Virus record (IMG/VR): IMGVR_UViG_3300045988_138690
Span: 4,322-68,321 of that record
Source: a virus
Length of the DNA stretch: 64,000 bases
Direction: 5' to 3' (one strand)
Within the stretch, counting starts at the first letter, position 1. The number at the start of each line of letters is the position of its first letter. The notes under the pieces are model-generated. The model searched no databases. It was not told where the DNA came from and was given only the letters and a program-made list of their open reading frames with translations. This document shows, piece after piece, positions 16,451 to 26,680 of this stretch. A program made the position numbers and the translations under genes.

Positions 16451-17644
16451 ATGAGAACGAATGTAAAAAACTATTATGACCTGTTATCTTTTGGACTTGG
16501 AAACGCCCAATTCCAAAGCTTTGTAGATCGTTTCAACGATAAATACAATGTTCTGAATGTGGATGGATTCGACTGGGATAATGAAATTCAACTTGATTAT
16601 ACTTATGAACAGCTTATCAGCTCCCTGAATATTGCTACGCTTCCCGTATATGTTGACGAAGCATCCGAAGGGCTTGATAAAAGTTTTGGTAAATTCAGTA
16701 TTGGGTCTAACAAGATACCTACCCAGAGACATCGCTACCCAATCAGTGCCAAAATGTTGCGTGAGCAGATGATAATGATCCAGCGTTTTGGAGAAGCCGC
16801 CATGACACAGGGAGCTAGATACTCCATCCGAAACCTAATGTTTGACAGTACCGACAAATTGATCGCTGGTAACAGAAACGCATTGACGCACCAGCGTATG
16901 CGCATCGCTTCCAAGGGACAGTTTACCATTGATTTGGAAAATAATCCAAGAGGTATAAAAGGGCTGACTTTTGACTTTGGTATTCCTGCCGCAAACAAGG
17001 AAACCTTGAGCGGGACAGCAAGGTGGTGGACTACCTCGGAACATGTACCGGCAAACGAAGGATCCGCTTCCGATCCCATTCTTTTCTTGAAGAACAAGAG
17101 AAAGGAAATGAGAAAGAAGGGATTTCCACAAGGTCATTTTGAGATTGCCAGTGACCTGTGGGATGACTTGTTGACGCATACCAAGGTATTGTCTCGTATA
17201 GGGCTGTCCTTGTATCCGCAGGCGGCCAGTGCTACCAAGCCTGATACAGTAGGTGCGCAATATGCCCAGAACATGAGTGATGAAGCAAAAAAATCCGCTT
17301 TTGAAACCTTGGTGGGTTGTCCTATTGTCCCGAGAGATAGTATTGCGGCTGTGGAAAAATTCGATGAGGACGCAAAGGAAATCAAACCTGTGAACATCGA
17401 GAACTTTGATCCATTGAACGTGTCGTTTATCCCGGACGGGCAACTTGGAACCATCAAGTCCGTACAGCCTATTGTGCTAGCGGATGACCCGACAGAGCGC
17501 ATCGCATGGTTCGATGGAGGGCGCACCCTTCTTACCCAAAGATACGAGAGCAAGACAAGAACGATGTATATAGAAAGCGAGATGGCGGTTCTTTGTGTAC
17601 CGCAAATTCCGCAGTACATGTGCATCTATACTGTTACTGCTTAA
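16451..17644 (+). CDS. Major capsid protein
   Basis: 397 aa, positioned after the scaffold/decoration genes, with AGGAGG upstream. Call based on size and synteny. Confidence 0.65.
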   Translation: MRTNVKNYYDLLSFGLGNAQFQSFVDRFNDKYNVLNVDGFDWDNEIQLDYTYEQLISSLNIATLPVYVDEASEGLDKSFGKFSIGSNKIPTQRHRYPISAKMLREQMIMIQRFGEAAMTQGARYSIRNLMFDSTDKLIAGNRNALTHQRMRIASKGQFTIDLENNPRGIKGLTFDFGIPAANKETLSGTARWWTTSEHVPANEGSASDPILFLKNKRKEMRKKGFPQGHFEIASDLWDDLLTHTKVLSRIGLSLYPQAASATKPDTVGAQYAQNMSDEAKKSAFETLVGCPIVPRDSIAAVEKFDEDAKEIKPVNIENFDPLNVSFIPDGQLGTIKSVQPIVLADDPTERIAWFDGGRTLLTQRYESKTRTMYIESEMAVLCVPQIPQYMCIYTVTA

Positions 17645-17655
17645 CGTGAGATGAA

Positions 17656-18054
17656 ATGAAAAGCAATTCTCAAAATACAGTTACACTTGACACGACCATT
17701 GAAGGATATCTCCGTGGTTGTGTCGGGTTTGATGTCGATGACAGTGCCATAAGCAGCATACTTATAGATCGTGGGCTACTTCCTGGTACAGATGTGACTG
17801 AACTTGACAAACGGGCGAAAGAGTTGTGCAAAGCCGATCTTTATATGTGGTGCGCAAGCACTCCGAGCGTAAAGGGAAGCGTGGAGGACAGTCACGGGGT
17901 TTGGAAACACAAGGAAGGAGGAACTGAAAGTTCAGCTTTTGATAAACGTAACCTGCGTCAAATGGCAAACGACATTTATAGAAGGTATGGAGAGAATACG
18001 ATTGGTTCTACTATAAGAATGACTGCAAGGGGGATGAGGATATGGCGAAAGTAA
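17656..18054 (+). CDS. Head-tail connector/adaptor (putative)
   Basis: Position in the head-to-tail joining block. Confidence 0.4.
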   Translation: MKSNSQNTVTLDTTIEGYLRGCVGFDVDDSAISSILIDRGLLPGTDVTELDKRAKELCKADLYMWCASTPSVKGSVEDSHGVWKHKEGGTESSAFDKRNLRQMANDIYRRYGENTIGSTIRMTARGMRIWRK

Positions 18055-18368
18055 ATAATCCAAGCTTTCCGCACACGTGCAAGATTTACCGGATGGAGGG
18101 AGAAACTTCTTTCAGTGACGGGATTGAAACGGTTTTGTACGAGGGGGAGTGTTTGAAGTATGGCAGTAGCAACCTCCGTACATTCAAGACAGACAATGTG
18201 CTGAAAGGTGATTATGCAGTGGATGTGCCGGGTTTGATACTCGGAGTCAACAAGGGAGACTTTATAGACTTTACCGATTACAGCGGCACGTTTACAAGAA
18301 ACGTTATATCAGACCCTTCCCCGTCTGAAATGGGAAGCACGTTTTATTTCAATATGGCTAGCAACTAA
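18042..18368 (+). CDS. Head closure/neck protein (putative)
   Basis: Overlapping start. Synteny only. Confidence 0.4.
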   Translation: MAKVNNPSFPHTCKIYRMEGETSFSDGIETVLYEGECLKYGSSNLRTFKTDNVLKGDYAVDVPGLILGVNKGDFIDFTDYSGTFTRNVISDPSPSEMGSTFYFNMASN

Positions 18369-18372
18369 GGAT

Positions 18373-18918
18373 ATGGGAACAAATACGAAAGCTCTGGATA
18401 AAAGTTATGGAATACTCAAAGGACTTATGGAAAAACAGTTCATGGATATTCTGACACGGGCAGCTTATGGATTGCTTGTACATGCGGAGACTTCAAAAGA
18501 GTTCCATAACCTTACAGGGAATACGCTTACTTCCTATATGGTAGGAATATATTCGGAAGGTACATTAAAAAGGGTAGTAGCCATGAACGAGGCTGATGCG
18601 GTGGAACCTCCCACTCGTAAGAAACTTAGCCGTGGAAACGGAAGGGGGACTATATACGTGGAAGATTATGACAGTGGAAGGTTTATTCATGTAGCGAAAT
18701 ACAAGCTTATGCCTACGGATGAAGATTATGGTTACAATACTTCCAAAATGTTTTTGTCAGGGTATAAGCCCCAAACTACCAAAGGATTTGGCATTGTAAT
18801 GTGTACGGGTACTGAGTATTCCGAATATCTGGAAGCCGCACGGAGTCTTAACGTGCTTACTGAAACGTTCTATATTTCTCCAAGGGTCATTCTCCAAAAT
18901 CTAAAACCGATAAAATGA
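18373..18918 (+). CDS. Neck/tail completion protein (putative)
   Basis: Synteny only. Confidence 0.4.
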   Translation: MGTNTKALDKSYGILKGLMEKQFMDILTRAAYGLLVHAETSKEFHNLTGNTLTSYMVGIYSEGTLKRVVAMNEADAVEPPTRKKLSRGNGRGTIYVEDYDSGRFIHVAKYKLMPTDEDYGYNTSKMFLSGYKPQTTKGFGIVMCTGTEYSEYLEAARSLNVLTETFYISPRVILQNLKPIK

Positions 18919-18919
18919 C

Positions 18920-19333
18920 ATGGCACATGTAACGAGGTACTACATAAGTGAAATACTTGAGAATGTCTGCACAGATGTGACGGATGTCAGCAATAATGTA
19001 TTTCCTGAACACCGTCCTTCCGCTACCCAAAAGCAGATGGAAGATATGGTAGTGGTATCCCTTCCTGTAGCTTTCAACGAAAATAATGTATGTCAAACTA
19101 CCACTATCCGGTTTGAGCTTATGGCTCGTAATAGGGCTAACGGGATGGCATACACAAAAAGGCTTCAGGGAATGCTTGATGTTCTTATGGAAAAGTTTCC
19201 CATTACAGAGGAACGCTATTCCATAACAAAACCTTATGTCGCCCTCAAAGGCGATGACGGATTGGGTTTCACGGTTTGGAATGTGCAGGCTACGCTTATG
19301 GTGAATACAACAGACAGTTATCAATATGATTAA
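18920..19333 (+). CDS. Tail terminator-like protein (putative)
   Basis: Synteny only. Confidence 0.4.
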   Translation: MAHVTRYYISEILENVCTDVTDVSNNVFPEHRPSATQKQMEDMVVVSLPVAFNENNVCQTTTIRFELMARNRANGMAYTKRLQGMLDVLMEKFPITEERYSITKPYVALKGDDGLGFTVWNVQATLMVNTTDSYQYD

Positions 19334-19356
19334 TAAAATTTTAGGAGGAAAATAAT

Positions 19357-19941
19357 ATGCCAGGAATGACTATTACAAAAGGTCTTACAGACTTGAAAAC
19401 CCTTTTCAATGACATTGAGGAGGTTTATTACAAAAGTTCGGAGATTAAGGCATCCGACTTAGGCGCAAGTGCCTTGACTGTGGATATGGAGCTTCCCGTT
19501 CTTGAAGACGGTGTGAATTTAGATACGGGAGCTGCCGACGTGACGCAAATCAAGCTCACCACGGGTACTATCTGGACATCAAAAGCGGCAAAGGGAGACA
19601 GCGATATTTCGTTACAGGTAGCTTCTATTGCTGGAGCGGTAAATGAACTTTTCCTTGAAAAAGGAGCTGCTGTCGCTTCTGCTGCCGGGCTTATAGATGG
19701 AAATACATATAAGGGCAGCGGGTATAAACTTAACCCGAAAAAAGTAACCGGTGCTCTTGTGTTGCCAAGTAATGACAGAAGTACGATTATCGTGCTTGCA
19801 AATGTGGAAATGTATGCTTCCCTGATAGCGGCAGACGGTGACAATCCCGCATATTTCAATGTTACGGTAAGCCCAATGTCCAACTCGGATGGTGACGAAA
19901 TAATCATTTTGGAAAAAAGTACGGCATCCGACACGAAATGA
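19357..19941 (+). CDS. Major tail protein (putative)
   Basis: 194 aa, AGGAGG upstream, followed by a terminator and then the chaperone pair and the tape measure. Confidence 0.6.
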   Translation: MPGMTITKGLTDLKTLFNDIEEVYYKSSEIKASDLGASALTVDMELPVLEDGVNLDTGAADVTQIKLTTGTIWTSKAAKGDSDISLQVASIAGAVNELFLEKGAAVASAAGLIDGNTYKGSGYKLNPKKVTGALVLPSNDRSTIIVLANVEMYASLIAADGDNPAYFNVTVSPMSNSDGDEIIILEKSTASDTK

Positions 19942-19992
19942 TAATAAAAGAGTGTCCCGTCTCCTTAAGGGGATAGGCGTTAATTGAACAAA

Positions 19993-20028
19993 AAGGCGGT
20001 TGGCGTGTGCCGCCGCCTTCATTTTTTA
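19993..20028 (+). terminator. Intrinsic terminator after the major tail gene
   Basis: AAGGCGG/CCGCCTT stem (19993-19999/20013-20019) plus a T-run at 20022-20027. Confidence 0.7.
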
Positions 20029-20043
20029 TTAATACATAAATTT

Positions 20044-20535
20044 ATGGCAAAGAATAAAAAGGTGGAAAAAGCGACCATAGAACAGGAGCAGTTACTTAAT
20101 TCAGTGGTAGAGGACAAGAAGGATATAGTAGAGATAAGAGGACGTAAATTCAGGATAGGATGGCTGAGAAACCGGGCAAGAAGGAAGCTTACGGATATCG
20201 TCTTGAATGAAAAGGATGACAGCAAGGTTTCTTCCAAATGTTCAGCAGCCTTGGTACTGAACGGGTATTTCAAGATAAAGTTTTTCTATTGGTTTCTGTG
20301 GAGGTGGTTTTATTACGTTATGCAATATAGCGACAAGGAACTTTTGCCATTGGTTGAACTTTGTAAAAAAAAAGTACAAGTGGAGGATTACTGCATCATT
20401 ACAATATCTCTGACAGAAATGAAGGACACGATAAAGGCGATGACAAGAGAGGAAGTAAGTCGTATCCTTCAAGGGAATTTTATGGGGCAGCGTGGGCTAT
20501 CGGAGAAAAACACCCCTGTCTCACCGAACCCCTAA
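20044..20535 (+). CDS. Tail assembly chaperone (gpG-like)
   Basis: Sits immediately upstream of the tape measure. ATG at 20044 (MAKNKKVEK). Confidence 0.6.
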   Translation: MAKNKKVEKATIEQEQLLNSVVEDKKDIVEIRGRKFRIGWLRNRARRKLTDIVLNEKDDSKVSSKCSAALVLNGYFKIKFFYWFLWRWFYYVMQYSDKELLPLVELCKKKVQVEDYCIITISLTEMKDTIKAMTREEVSRILQGNFMGQRGLSEKNTPVSPNP

Positions 20536-20813
20536 AGTTGTTTTGGGGGCTTTGGACTATACCTATGTGGGGGTATTATGACACTTACACAGCCGCCCAA
20601 ATTGAACTCATGGCATGTGATTGTCCTGTGACAGTATACGGGAAAGGCAGTTCCGGAAGCAAAGGAAATAAAAATAATAAAGGAGAAAATTTCAAAAGGG
20701 TGGACGCATTGGACGTGATGGAACGTGCGGAACGATGGGAACGTAAGTACGGGAAAGACGGTGCGGGCATAACCTTGGATTTAAGAGGTTTTAAGTTGGG
20801 TAACAAAATATAG
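20367..20813 (+). CDS. -1 frame extension of the chaperone (gpGT-like; needs a frameshift)
   Basis: The -1 frame is open from 20367 to 20813 and begins inside the A9 run 20365-20373. There is no good independent start (TTG at 20538). Confidence 0.45.
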   Translation, partial: KKSTSGGLLHHYNISDRNEGHDKGDDKRGSKSYPSREFYGAAWAIGEKHPCLTEPLKLFWGLWTIPMWGYYDTYTAAQIELMACDCPVTVYGKGSSGSKGNKNNKGENFKRVDALDVMERAERWERKYGKDGAGITLDLRGFKLGNKI

Positions 20814-20824
20814 GAGGTATTTGT

Positions 20825-23800
20825 ATGGCAGATTTAGGCTCATTGTTTTACTCGTTGTATCTGAAAGATCATACGGACGAAGACCTGGACAAAATAAAGA
20901 AGAAATTAGAAAATATTCGTATAGAACTTGGTTATGATTTTAACGAAAATACCGTTGATGCTTTTTTAAAGAAACTTAGGGACACAGGCAAGGCTATATC
21001 AGACAACAAGGCTGCGCAATTATCTTCTGATAACGTGGCGAAAGCCGCGCAGGACACCCGCCTTAAACAGATGGAACGCGAAGCTAGGATATTGGGAGAT
21101 ATTCAGGCTAAGAAGTCAAAAGCCATGCAGCCTATCGATAGCGCCCTAAACTATGCAAGGACACGGGAAGCCATATCATTACCATACGAAAGTATTTCCT
21201 ATAAGAATGCCCAGAACCGACTCGCGTCATATATAAAGTCTCTTTCGCGGGAAGCGGATGCCCAGGAACGCATGAGAAAAGCCGCAGAGAAAAGTATTGC
21301 CACCCGTGAACGGGAAGCAAAGGCTGCACAAAGACAAACCAATGCAAACAACCATCTTAACACATCCATCGGACAGCAAAGCAGGCTTTTGACAGGACTT
21401 AGAGACCAGTTACTCAATGTATACTCCATATATTCGCTGGAACGGTTTGCCACTTCCCTGGTTGAAATAGGCGGGGAATTCCAGAAGCAGCGTATAGCGT
21501 TGCAAGCCATGCTTGGTGACGCAGCAAAGGCAGATGCCATGTACTCGCAGATCAAGGGTCTTGCCATTGAGAGTCCTTTTAATTTTAAGGAATTAATGGG
21601 TTATACAAAGCAGCTTTCCGCATTTTCAATACCCTATAACGAATTGTACGACACAACCAAACGTCTTGCTGATATTTCAAGCGGGCTTGGCGTGGATATG
21701 GGACGCATCATACTTGCTTATGGACAGGTGCGTAGCGCGGCTTTCCTCCGTGGGCAGGAAGTGAGGCAGTTTACGGAAGCTGGCATTCCGTTGCTTGATG
21801 AGTTGGCAAAAAAATTCTCTCAACTTGAAAACCGTGTCGTAAGCGTTGGAGAGGTGTTTGATAAGATAAGCAGGCGGGAAGTCCCATTCCAGATGGTGAA
21901 GGATGTTCTTTGGGACTTAACCAACGAGGGCGGGAAATTCTATAACATGCAGGAGGTTCTTACCGAAAGTCTGTCGGGTAAGCTGGCTAAGTTGAAAGAC
22001 AGTTATGAGATTATGCTTTCGGAGATAGCACAAGCGAATAATGGTCTATTAGGAGGAACGCTTGACATGCTCTCTTCCGTTACGGATCATTGGAGAGAAT
22101 TACTTCCTGTATTGTCTGGAATTATAGCTTCTTATGGGGCTTACAAAGCTGTCCTTATATCAGTAAACGCTATTCAGAAGGCTAATTTGGCGATAAACAA
22201 GATATCAGCTATAGTTGAGGTTGCAAGGGCTATTCAAGGACTTACAAGAGTGACTAAAGCACAGGCTGTTGCACAATACGCCTTGAATGCAGCAATGGCA
22301 GCAAACCCTTACTATTTAGTTGCCGCTGCAATAGGGGTGTTGATAGGTAGTATGGTATATTTAGCAAACGCAGAGACATCTGCGGAAAAAGCTACAAAGC
22401 ATCATCGCGAAGAACAGGAAAAATTTCAGAGTACTCTTGATGAAAGGAAATCCGAAATAGATGAACTTGTACGCACTATTCAAGATGAGACAGAAACTGA
22501 ATACAGACAAATATCAGCTTATGAAAAATTGAAAACACTTTCTCCTGCTTTGACGGACGCTTATTCACGGGAACAGTTGGCTGTATTAGAATTGTCAAAA
22601 GCACAAAAAGTGCTTAATGAAGAACGGGATAAACTTAATTACGACAATATAATTAAGAATATAAATAAATACACATCCGCTATAAATGGACTCAAAAGAA
22701 AATTGGGAGATAAGTCTTACAATCAGACTATCATATCAGAGGATATTAGTAACGCTCAAGATAACCTAGATAAATGGAAACAGGATCTTAGCGATTACAA
22801 TCGTCTAAAAAAAGAAGCGGAAGATAGCGTGAAACCAGTAGAAGTTAGATTATTCGAAGCAAAAGCGAGCAAGGATAAGATACAACAAGAATTTCTTGCT
22901 GCAAAAATGGCTTTTGAATTAGAACAGGAAAAATTTAAAAAAGGAGAAATTCTTCAAATACCTATTGATGTAGAACTTAGGTTTATAAATGCGCAAAATG
23001 CATTGAAAGATATAATAAATAAAATTTCCAGTTTGCCATCTGATGTAAACGAAGTTATTAGAAATAAGTCATATTGGGAAAGCATAAAAAAAGATGCCGA
23101 AGAAGCAAGAGACGATCTCGACGTATCCTTAGTGGGAGGTGAAAGGTGGAACAAACTTACAGAAACTATTAAAAATGCACAAAAAGAACTAGATAAATTT
23201 TCTGATAAAGAAAAAGCCAAAGACCATATAGCTGAATTTTGGAAAAAACGTATTGACTTAATAGACAAGGCTCTTTCCTCTTATAAGGAATGGAGTGCAT
23301 TAGAAGGAAAAGATGCTGCTTCAAACAGGGTAAAGGAAAATGTTGGGTTTAAAGAACTTTTCAATAAAAACAATGGGTTTTCACTTGACTTGGATAATCC
23401 GGAAGAAGCATGGAAGTTCGTACTTGGGAAACTAGGTAAGATAGAAAAACAGAAAGAATTGAGCCTATCCATAGAGATGAAACTTGACAAGAGCGCACAA
23501 GGTAAGATAAAGGAGGAACTTGATAAGTCTCTTAAAGAAATTCAATTATATGTTGATGATACCACAAAGAAGTGGGACTTGTTCAAATCCATACGAGAGA
23601 AAACGGGCAACAAAAAGTTTGCAATGCAGCTTGCTTTCGGTGAACTGAATGTTGGTGAAACGGATATGCTGAAAGGTTTCCGTGAGGAAATAGAAAAAGG
23701 CATAGAAGGGAAAGGAATATCCTTTGAGGATGTGTTGAAAATGGATGAAGCATCAATGAAGGATGCAGGCATTTCGTCCATAGAGCCATACGTGAAAGCC

Positions 23801-25837
23801 TACAATGACGGTATGATGCAGCTAAGAAAAGATACAGCCGATAACTTGGCTGAACTTGTAAGCAAATACCGTGACTATGCTACACAGGTGACGGAGATTG
23901 AGAACAAGCTGAATGATGATTTGGCTGACATAGAGAGCAACCGCCATAAACTTGAATCTGGTGGTGTGGATGTTGACAAAATGATTGCCGAACGCAGGAA
24001 GCAGGCTAATGAAGAGAAAGGAAGCGTAGCTTTTGAACAGTTTAAAGAATCTTCCGACTGGGTACGAATATTCGATGATTTGGATAGGGTTTCAAATGCC
24101 ACACTGGATTCAATGATTGATAAGGTGAAAGAGTTTGCTTCCTCCCAGAAACTTTCCGTGGAAGAGACGAAGGAACTTGTAGAAGCCTTACGTAAACTAA
24201 GAGGAGAGCAAACGGAACGTAACCCTTTCAAGGTTGTGGCAGGCGCTTTGAAAAATATCAAAGATGCAAAAAATGCAGTTAAGAATGCAACTACCAAAAG
24301 CGAAAAAGATAAAGCAGATAATGACTTATCGGGTGCTTATGGAGACTTAAACAATGGGATTACTGCCGTTATCGGTAAGTTTGACGCCCTATCTTCTGCC
24401 GCTGATATGCTTGGTGGCATGTTTGAAGCACTTGGCGCAGGTGATGGCCTTTCTTCTGCCGCAGGATTGATTGGTGGAGGTCTGCAAGGTGCATCGCAAG
24501 GAATGGGCATAGCTACATCTCTGTTTGGTGCAGCGGCTGGTCCATGGGGAGCTGCGGCCGGAGCAGCGGTAAGCCTCATTACAGGAATTGCGCAGATGCA
24601 CGACAAGAGGCTTGAAAAGAGTATCAATGAAAGCAAAAATCGTGTTGAGGAATTAAAGGCTGCATACGATAATCTGAATGCTTCTGTGGAAAGATTTGGA
24701 GATACGGGAACAAGAGCAGTAGAACAGCAACTTGCCCTGTATGGACAGTTGAATGAACAGGTACAGAGGAGTGGAAGTTCTCTAAGCACAAGTTATTCTA
24801 TCGTATATGAAGTTCTGAAAAATAGCGATAAATATGCAGAGCATTTGAAGGAACAGATAAAAGCCGGAGAACTTGCAGCTAGAGGATTATCCAAGTTTTT
24901 TGGAACAAATATTAAGATTTTCTCTGTAGAAGCTGATAAAGAAGCCTTGAAAGCACTTGAAGATGTAGGTGTAGGTGGAACAGAAGCATTGAAAACCTAT
25001 CAAGCTCAATACGTTTCACTCGTGGCTCAACGAAGGGAACTTGAGGGACAGCTTCGTGACGAAGAAGGTAAAAAGGATTCGGATAGTGGAAAAATTTCTG
25101 ATTATCAACAGCAGATAAATGAATTGAATGAGCAGATACGTTACTTTATTGAGGATTTAGCCAAGGAATTGTATGCAATAGATTTTGACGGTTGGGCAGG
25201 TCAGATAAGCGATGCGCTCATAAATGCGTTTGCAAACGGGGAAGATGCTGCATTGGCTTTCGATGATGTAGTGAACAACATAATGAAGGATGTAGCTAAT
25301 TCTATTCTGAAAAATTTGGTTATTTCGCCAATGATGGAGAAATTACAGCGGAAGTTATTCGGTGACGAAAACGGGAATGGTGGAGTTTTCAAATCTTTTG
25401 AAGATTTGAATAACAATACAAATATTGCTGCTTCCGCTATCAAAGATTTCTTTGATACGGAGGGTAATGCCATGCTGGATGCTTCACAAAAATTCCTTGA
25501 AGCTTTTGATAAGGCTACTGGAGGCGCATTGGCGGCTACCGGAGAAAGCGACACTTCCGGTCTGTCAAAAGGAATACAGGGTGTTACGGAAGATACGGCA
25601 AATTTACTCGCTTCTTATCTGAATGCCACGAGACAAGACGTAAGCGTGAAGAGGATTTTGCAGGAAAAATTTTTTAATGAAGAGTTCCCAAAAATGAGTC
25701 TTATAGCACAGGCGCAGTTACAACAGCTGAATGCGATAGCAAGAAATACGGAAAGAAATGCACAGTTTACAGAAGAAATACTGGATTTATTTAATATGGT
25801 TGTAGATAAAGGTGGAAGAAATGTGAGGATGCACTAA
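20825..25837 (+). CDS. Tail tape measure protein
   Basis: 1670 aa. Conserved TMP core ESPFNFKELMGYTKQLSAF...RGQEVRQFTEAGIPLL, long coiled coils, hydrophobic and Gly-rich segments. Confidence 0.9.
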   Translation: MADLGSLFYSLYLKDHTDEDLDKIKKKLENIRIELGYDFNENTVDAFLKKLRDTGKAISDNKAAQLSSDNVAKAAQDTRLKQMEREARILGDIQAKKSKAMQPIDSALNYARTREAISLPYESISYKNAQNRLASYIKSLSREADAQERMRKAAEKSIATREREAKAAQRQTNANNHLNTSIGQQSRLLTGLRDQLLNVYSIYSLERFATSLVEIGGEFQKQRIALQAMLGDAAKADAMYSQIKGLAIESPFNFKELMGYTKQLSAFSIPYNELYDTTKRLADISSGLGVDMGRIILAYGQVRSAAFLRGQEVRQFTEAGIPLLDELAKKFSQLENRVVSVGEVFDKISRREVPFQMVKDVLWDLTNEGGKFYNMQEVLTESLSGKLAKLKDSYEIMLSEIAQANNGLLGGTLDMLSSVTDHWRELLPVLSGIIASYGAYKAVLISVNAIQKANLAINKISAIVEVARAIQGLTRVTKAQAVAQYALNAAMAANPYYLVAAAIGVLIGSMVYLANAETSAEKATKHHREEQEKFQSTLDERKSEIDELVRTIQDETETEYRQISAYEKLKTLSPALTDAYSREQLAVLELSKAQKVLNEERDKLNYDNIIKNINKYTSAINGLKRKLGDKSYNQTIISEDISNAQDNLDKWKQDLSDYNRLKKEAEDSVKPVEVRLFEAKASKDKIQQEFLAAKMAFELEQEKFKKGEILQIPIDVELRFINAQNALKDIINKISSLPSDVNEVIRNKSYWESIKKDAEEARDDLDVSLVGGERWNKLTETIKNAQKELDKFSDKEKAKDHIAEFWKKRIDLIDKALSSYKEWSALEGKDAASNRVKENVGFKELFNKNNGFSLDLDNPEEAWKFVLGKLGKIEKQKELSLSIEMKLDKSAQGKIKEELDKSLKEIQLYVDDTTKKWDLFKSIREKTGNKKFAMQLAFGELNVGETDMLKGFREEIEKGIEGKGISFEDVLKMDEASMKDAGISSIEPYVKAYNDGMMQLRKDTADNLAELVSKYRDYATQVTEIENKLNDDLADIESNRHKLESGGVDVDKMIAERRKQANEEKGSVAFEQFKESSDWVRIFDDLDRVSNATLDSMIDKVKEFASSQKLSVEETKELVEALRKLRGEQTERNPFKVVAGALKNIKDAKNAVKNATTKSEKDKADNDLSGAYGDLNNGITAVIGKFDALSSAADMLGGMFEALGAGDGLSSAAGLIGGGLQGASQGMGIATSLFGAAAGPWGAAAGAAVSLITGIAQMHDKRLEKSINESKNRVEELKAAYDNLNASVERFGDTGTRAVEQQLALYGQLNEQVQRSGSSLSTSYSIVYEVLKNSDKYAEHLKEQIKAGELAARGLSKFFGTNIKIFSVEADKEALKALEDVGVGGTEALKTYQAQYVSLVAQRRELEGQLRDEEGKKDSDSGKISDYQQQINELNEQIRYFIEDLAKELYAIDFDGWAGQISDALINAFANGEDAALAFDDVVNNIMKDVANSILKNLVISPMMEKLQRKLFGDENGNGGVFKSFEDLNNNTNIAASAIKDFFDTEGNAMLDASQKFLEAFDKATGGALAATGESDTSGLSKGIQGVTEDTANLLASYLNATRQDVSVKRILQEKFFNEEFPKMSLIAQAQLQQLNAIARNTERNAQFTEEILDLFNMVVDKGGRNVRMH

Positions 25838-25869
25838 AAAAGGGATGGCTATTCCCATCCCTTCATTGA

Positions 25870-26115
25870 TTATTTTATCATTTGCATTTTGATAAGTAAA
25901 GACATCTTATTCGGGAAACTTTCCCCACTGTCCTCATTCCATTTTTTGGCAGCTTCAAGTTGTTCTTCTATACCTATTGTAGTATATTCTACAGCTTTGT
26001 AAAGATGACCTTTAAACTCAAATTTTTGATTAGGGAATGAATAGAGGGGATAATCTGATAAAAGAGCATCATGTTCTACTTTTTCTCCTTAAAAGTCTAA
26101 AATAATTTTTTCCAT
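25870..26115 (-). pseudogene. Small ORF interrupted by an in-frame TAA at codon 9
   Basis: MEKIILDF*GEKVEHDALLSDYPLYSFPNQKFEFKGHLYKAVEYTTIGIEEQLEAAKKWNEDSGESFPNKMSLLIKMQMIK is one frame of 82 codons with a single internal stop. Confidence 0.4.
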
Positions 26116-26164
26116 ATTATTAAAATTAAATGTTTATGCAAAGTTATAATTTAAAAACGATATT

Positions 26165-26674
26165 ATGAACGAACTTAACAAGAAACTTAGAGACCGGGCT
26201 ATAGAGCTTGGTCTATGCAAACAATGGAAGGGTGAATGGGACAAAGATCGTACCCAGGACGAACTAATTAAGATGTGGAAGAAAGGCAGTGACTTTTGCT
26301 TTGAGAAGCACGATTTCCCCAATAAGGAGTTTATAAAGGCTTACTTTGATAGGAAAGTATTGAACGACAATCTTGTTTTCGTGGATGAAATAGTCAATAT
26401 CACCAATGGAGAAAGCGGTACATGGGTGATAAACGGTAACTGTACTGGTAATATCTCTTTTGGAGGATTTGCGGCTGCAAGATTGTATGTAAGGCATGAT
26501 TGCGATGTCTCTATTGATGTATCGGGAATGTCTAAGGTGTTTGTATCGGTATATAACAATGCCAAAGTAAACGTAAAGCAAAGTGGTAGCTCAAAGGTAT
26601 ATGTGTACAAGAAAAGCCCCTCCTGCGAGGTGGATTTGGACGGAGATGTAATGGCGAGAGAGGGAAGTATTTAA
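26165..26674 (+). CDS. Hypothetical protein with beta-helix-like C-terminal repeats (169 aa)
   Basis: N-terminal LGLCKQWKGEW domain followed by V-x-V-x repeats. Confidence 0.6.
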   Translation: MNELNKKLRDRAIELGLCKQWKGEWDKDRTQDELIKMWKKGSDFCFEKHDFPNKEFIKAYFDRKVLNDNLVFVDEIVNITNGESGTWVINGNCTGNISFGGFAAARLYVRHDCDVSIDVSGMSKVFVSVYNNAKVNVKQSGSSKVYVYKKSPSCEVDLDGDVMAREGSI

Positions 26675-26680
26675 TTGTAA

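Noticed and set aside
25870-26115. Genome-wide TAA stop-codon reassignment
   Set aside because: TAA terminates many well-supported genes here, for example the com-like gene and the chaperone. The single in-frame TAA is better explained as a pseudogene, an error or local readthrough.
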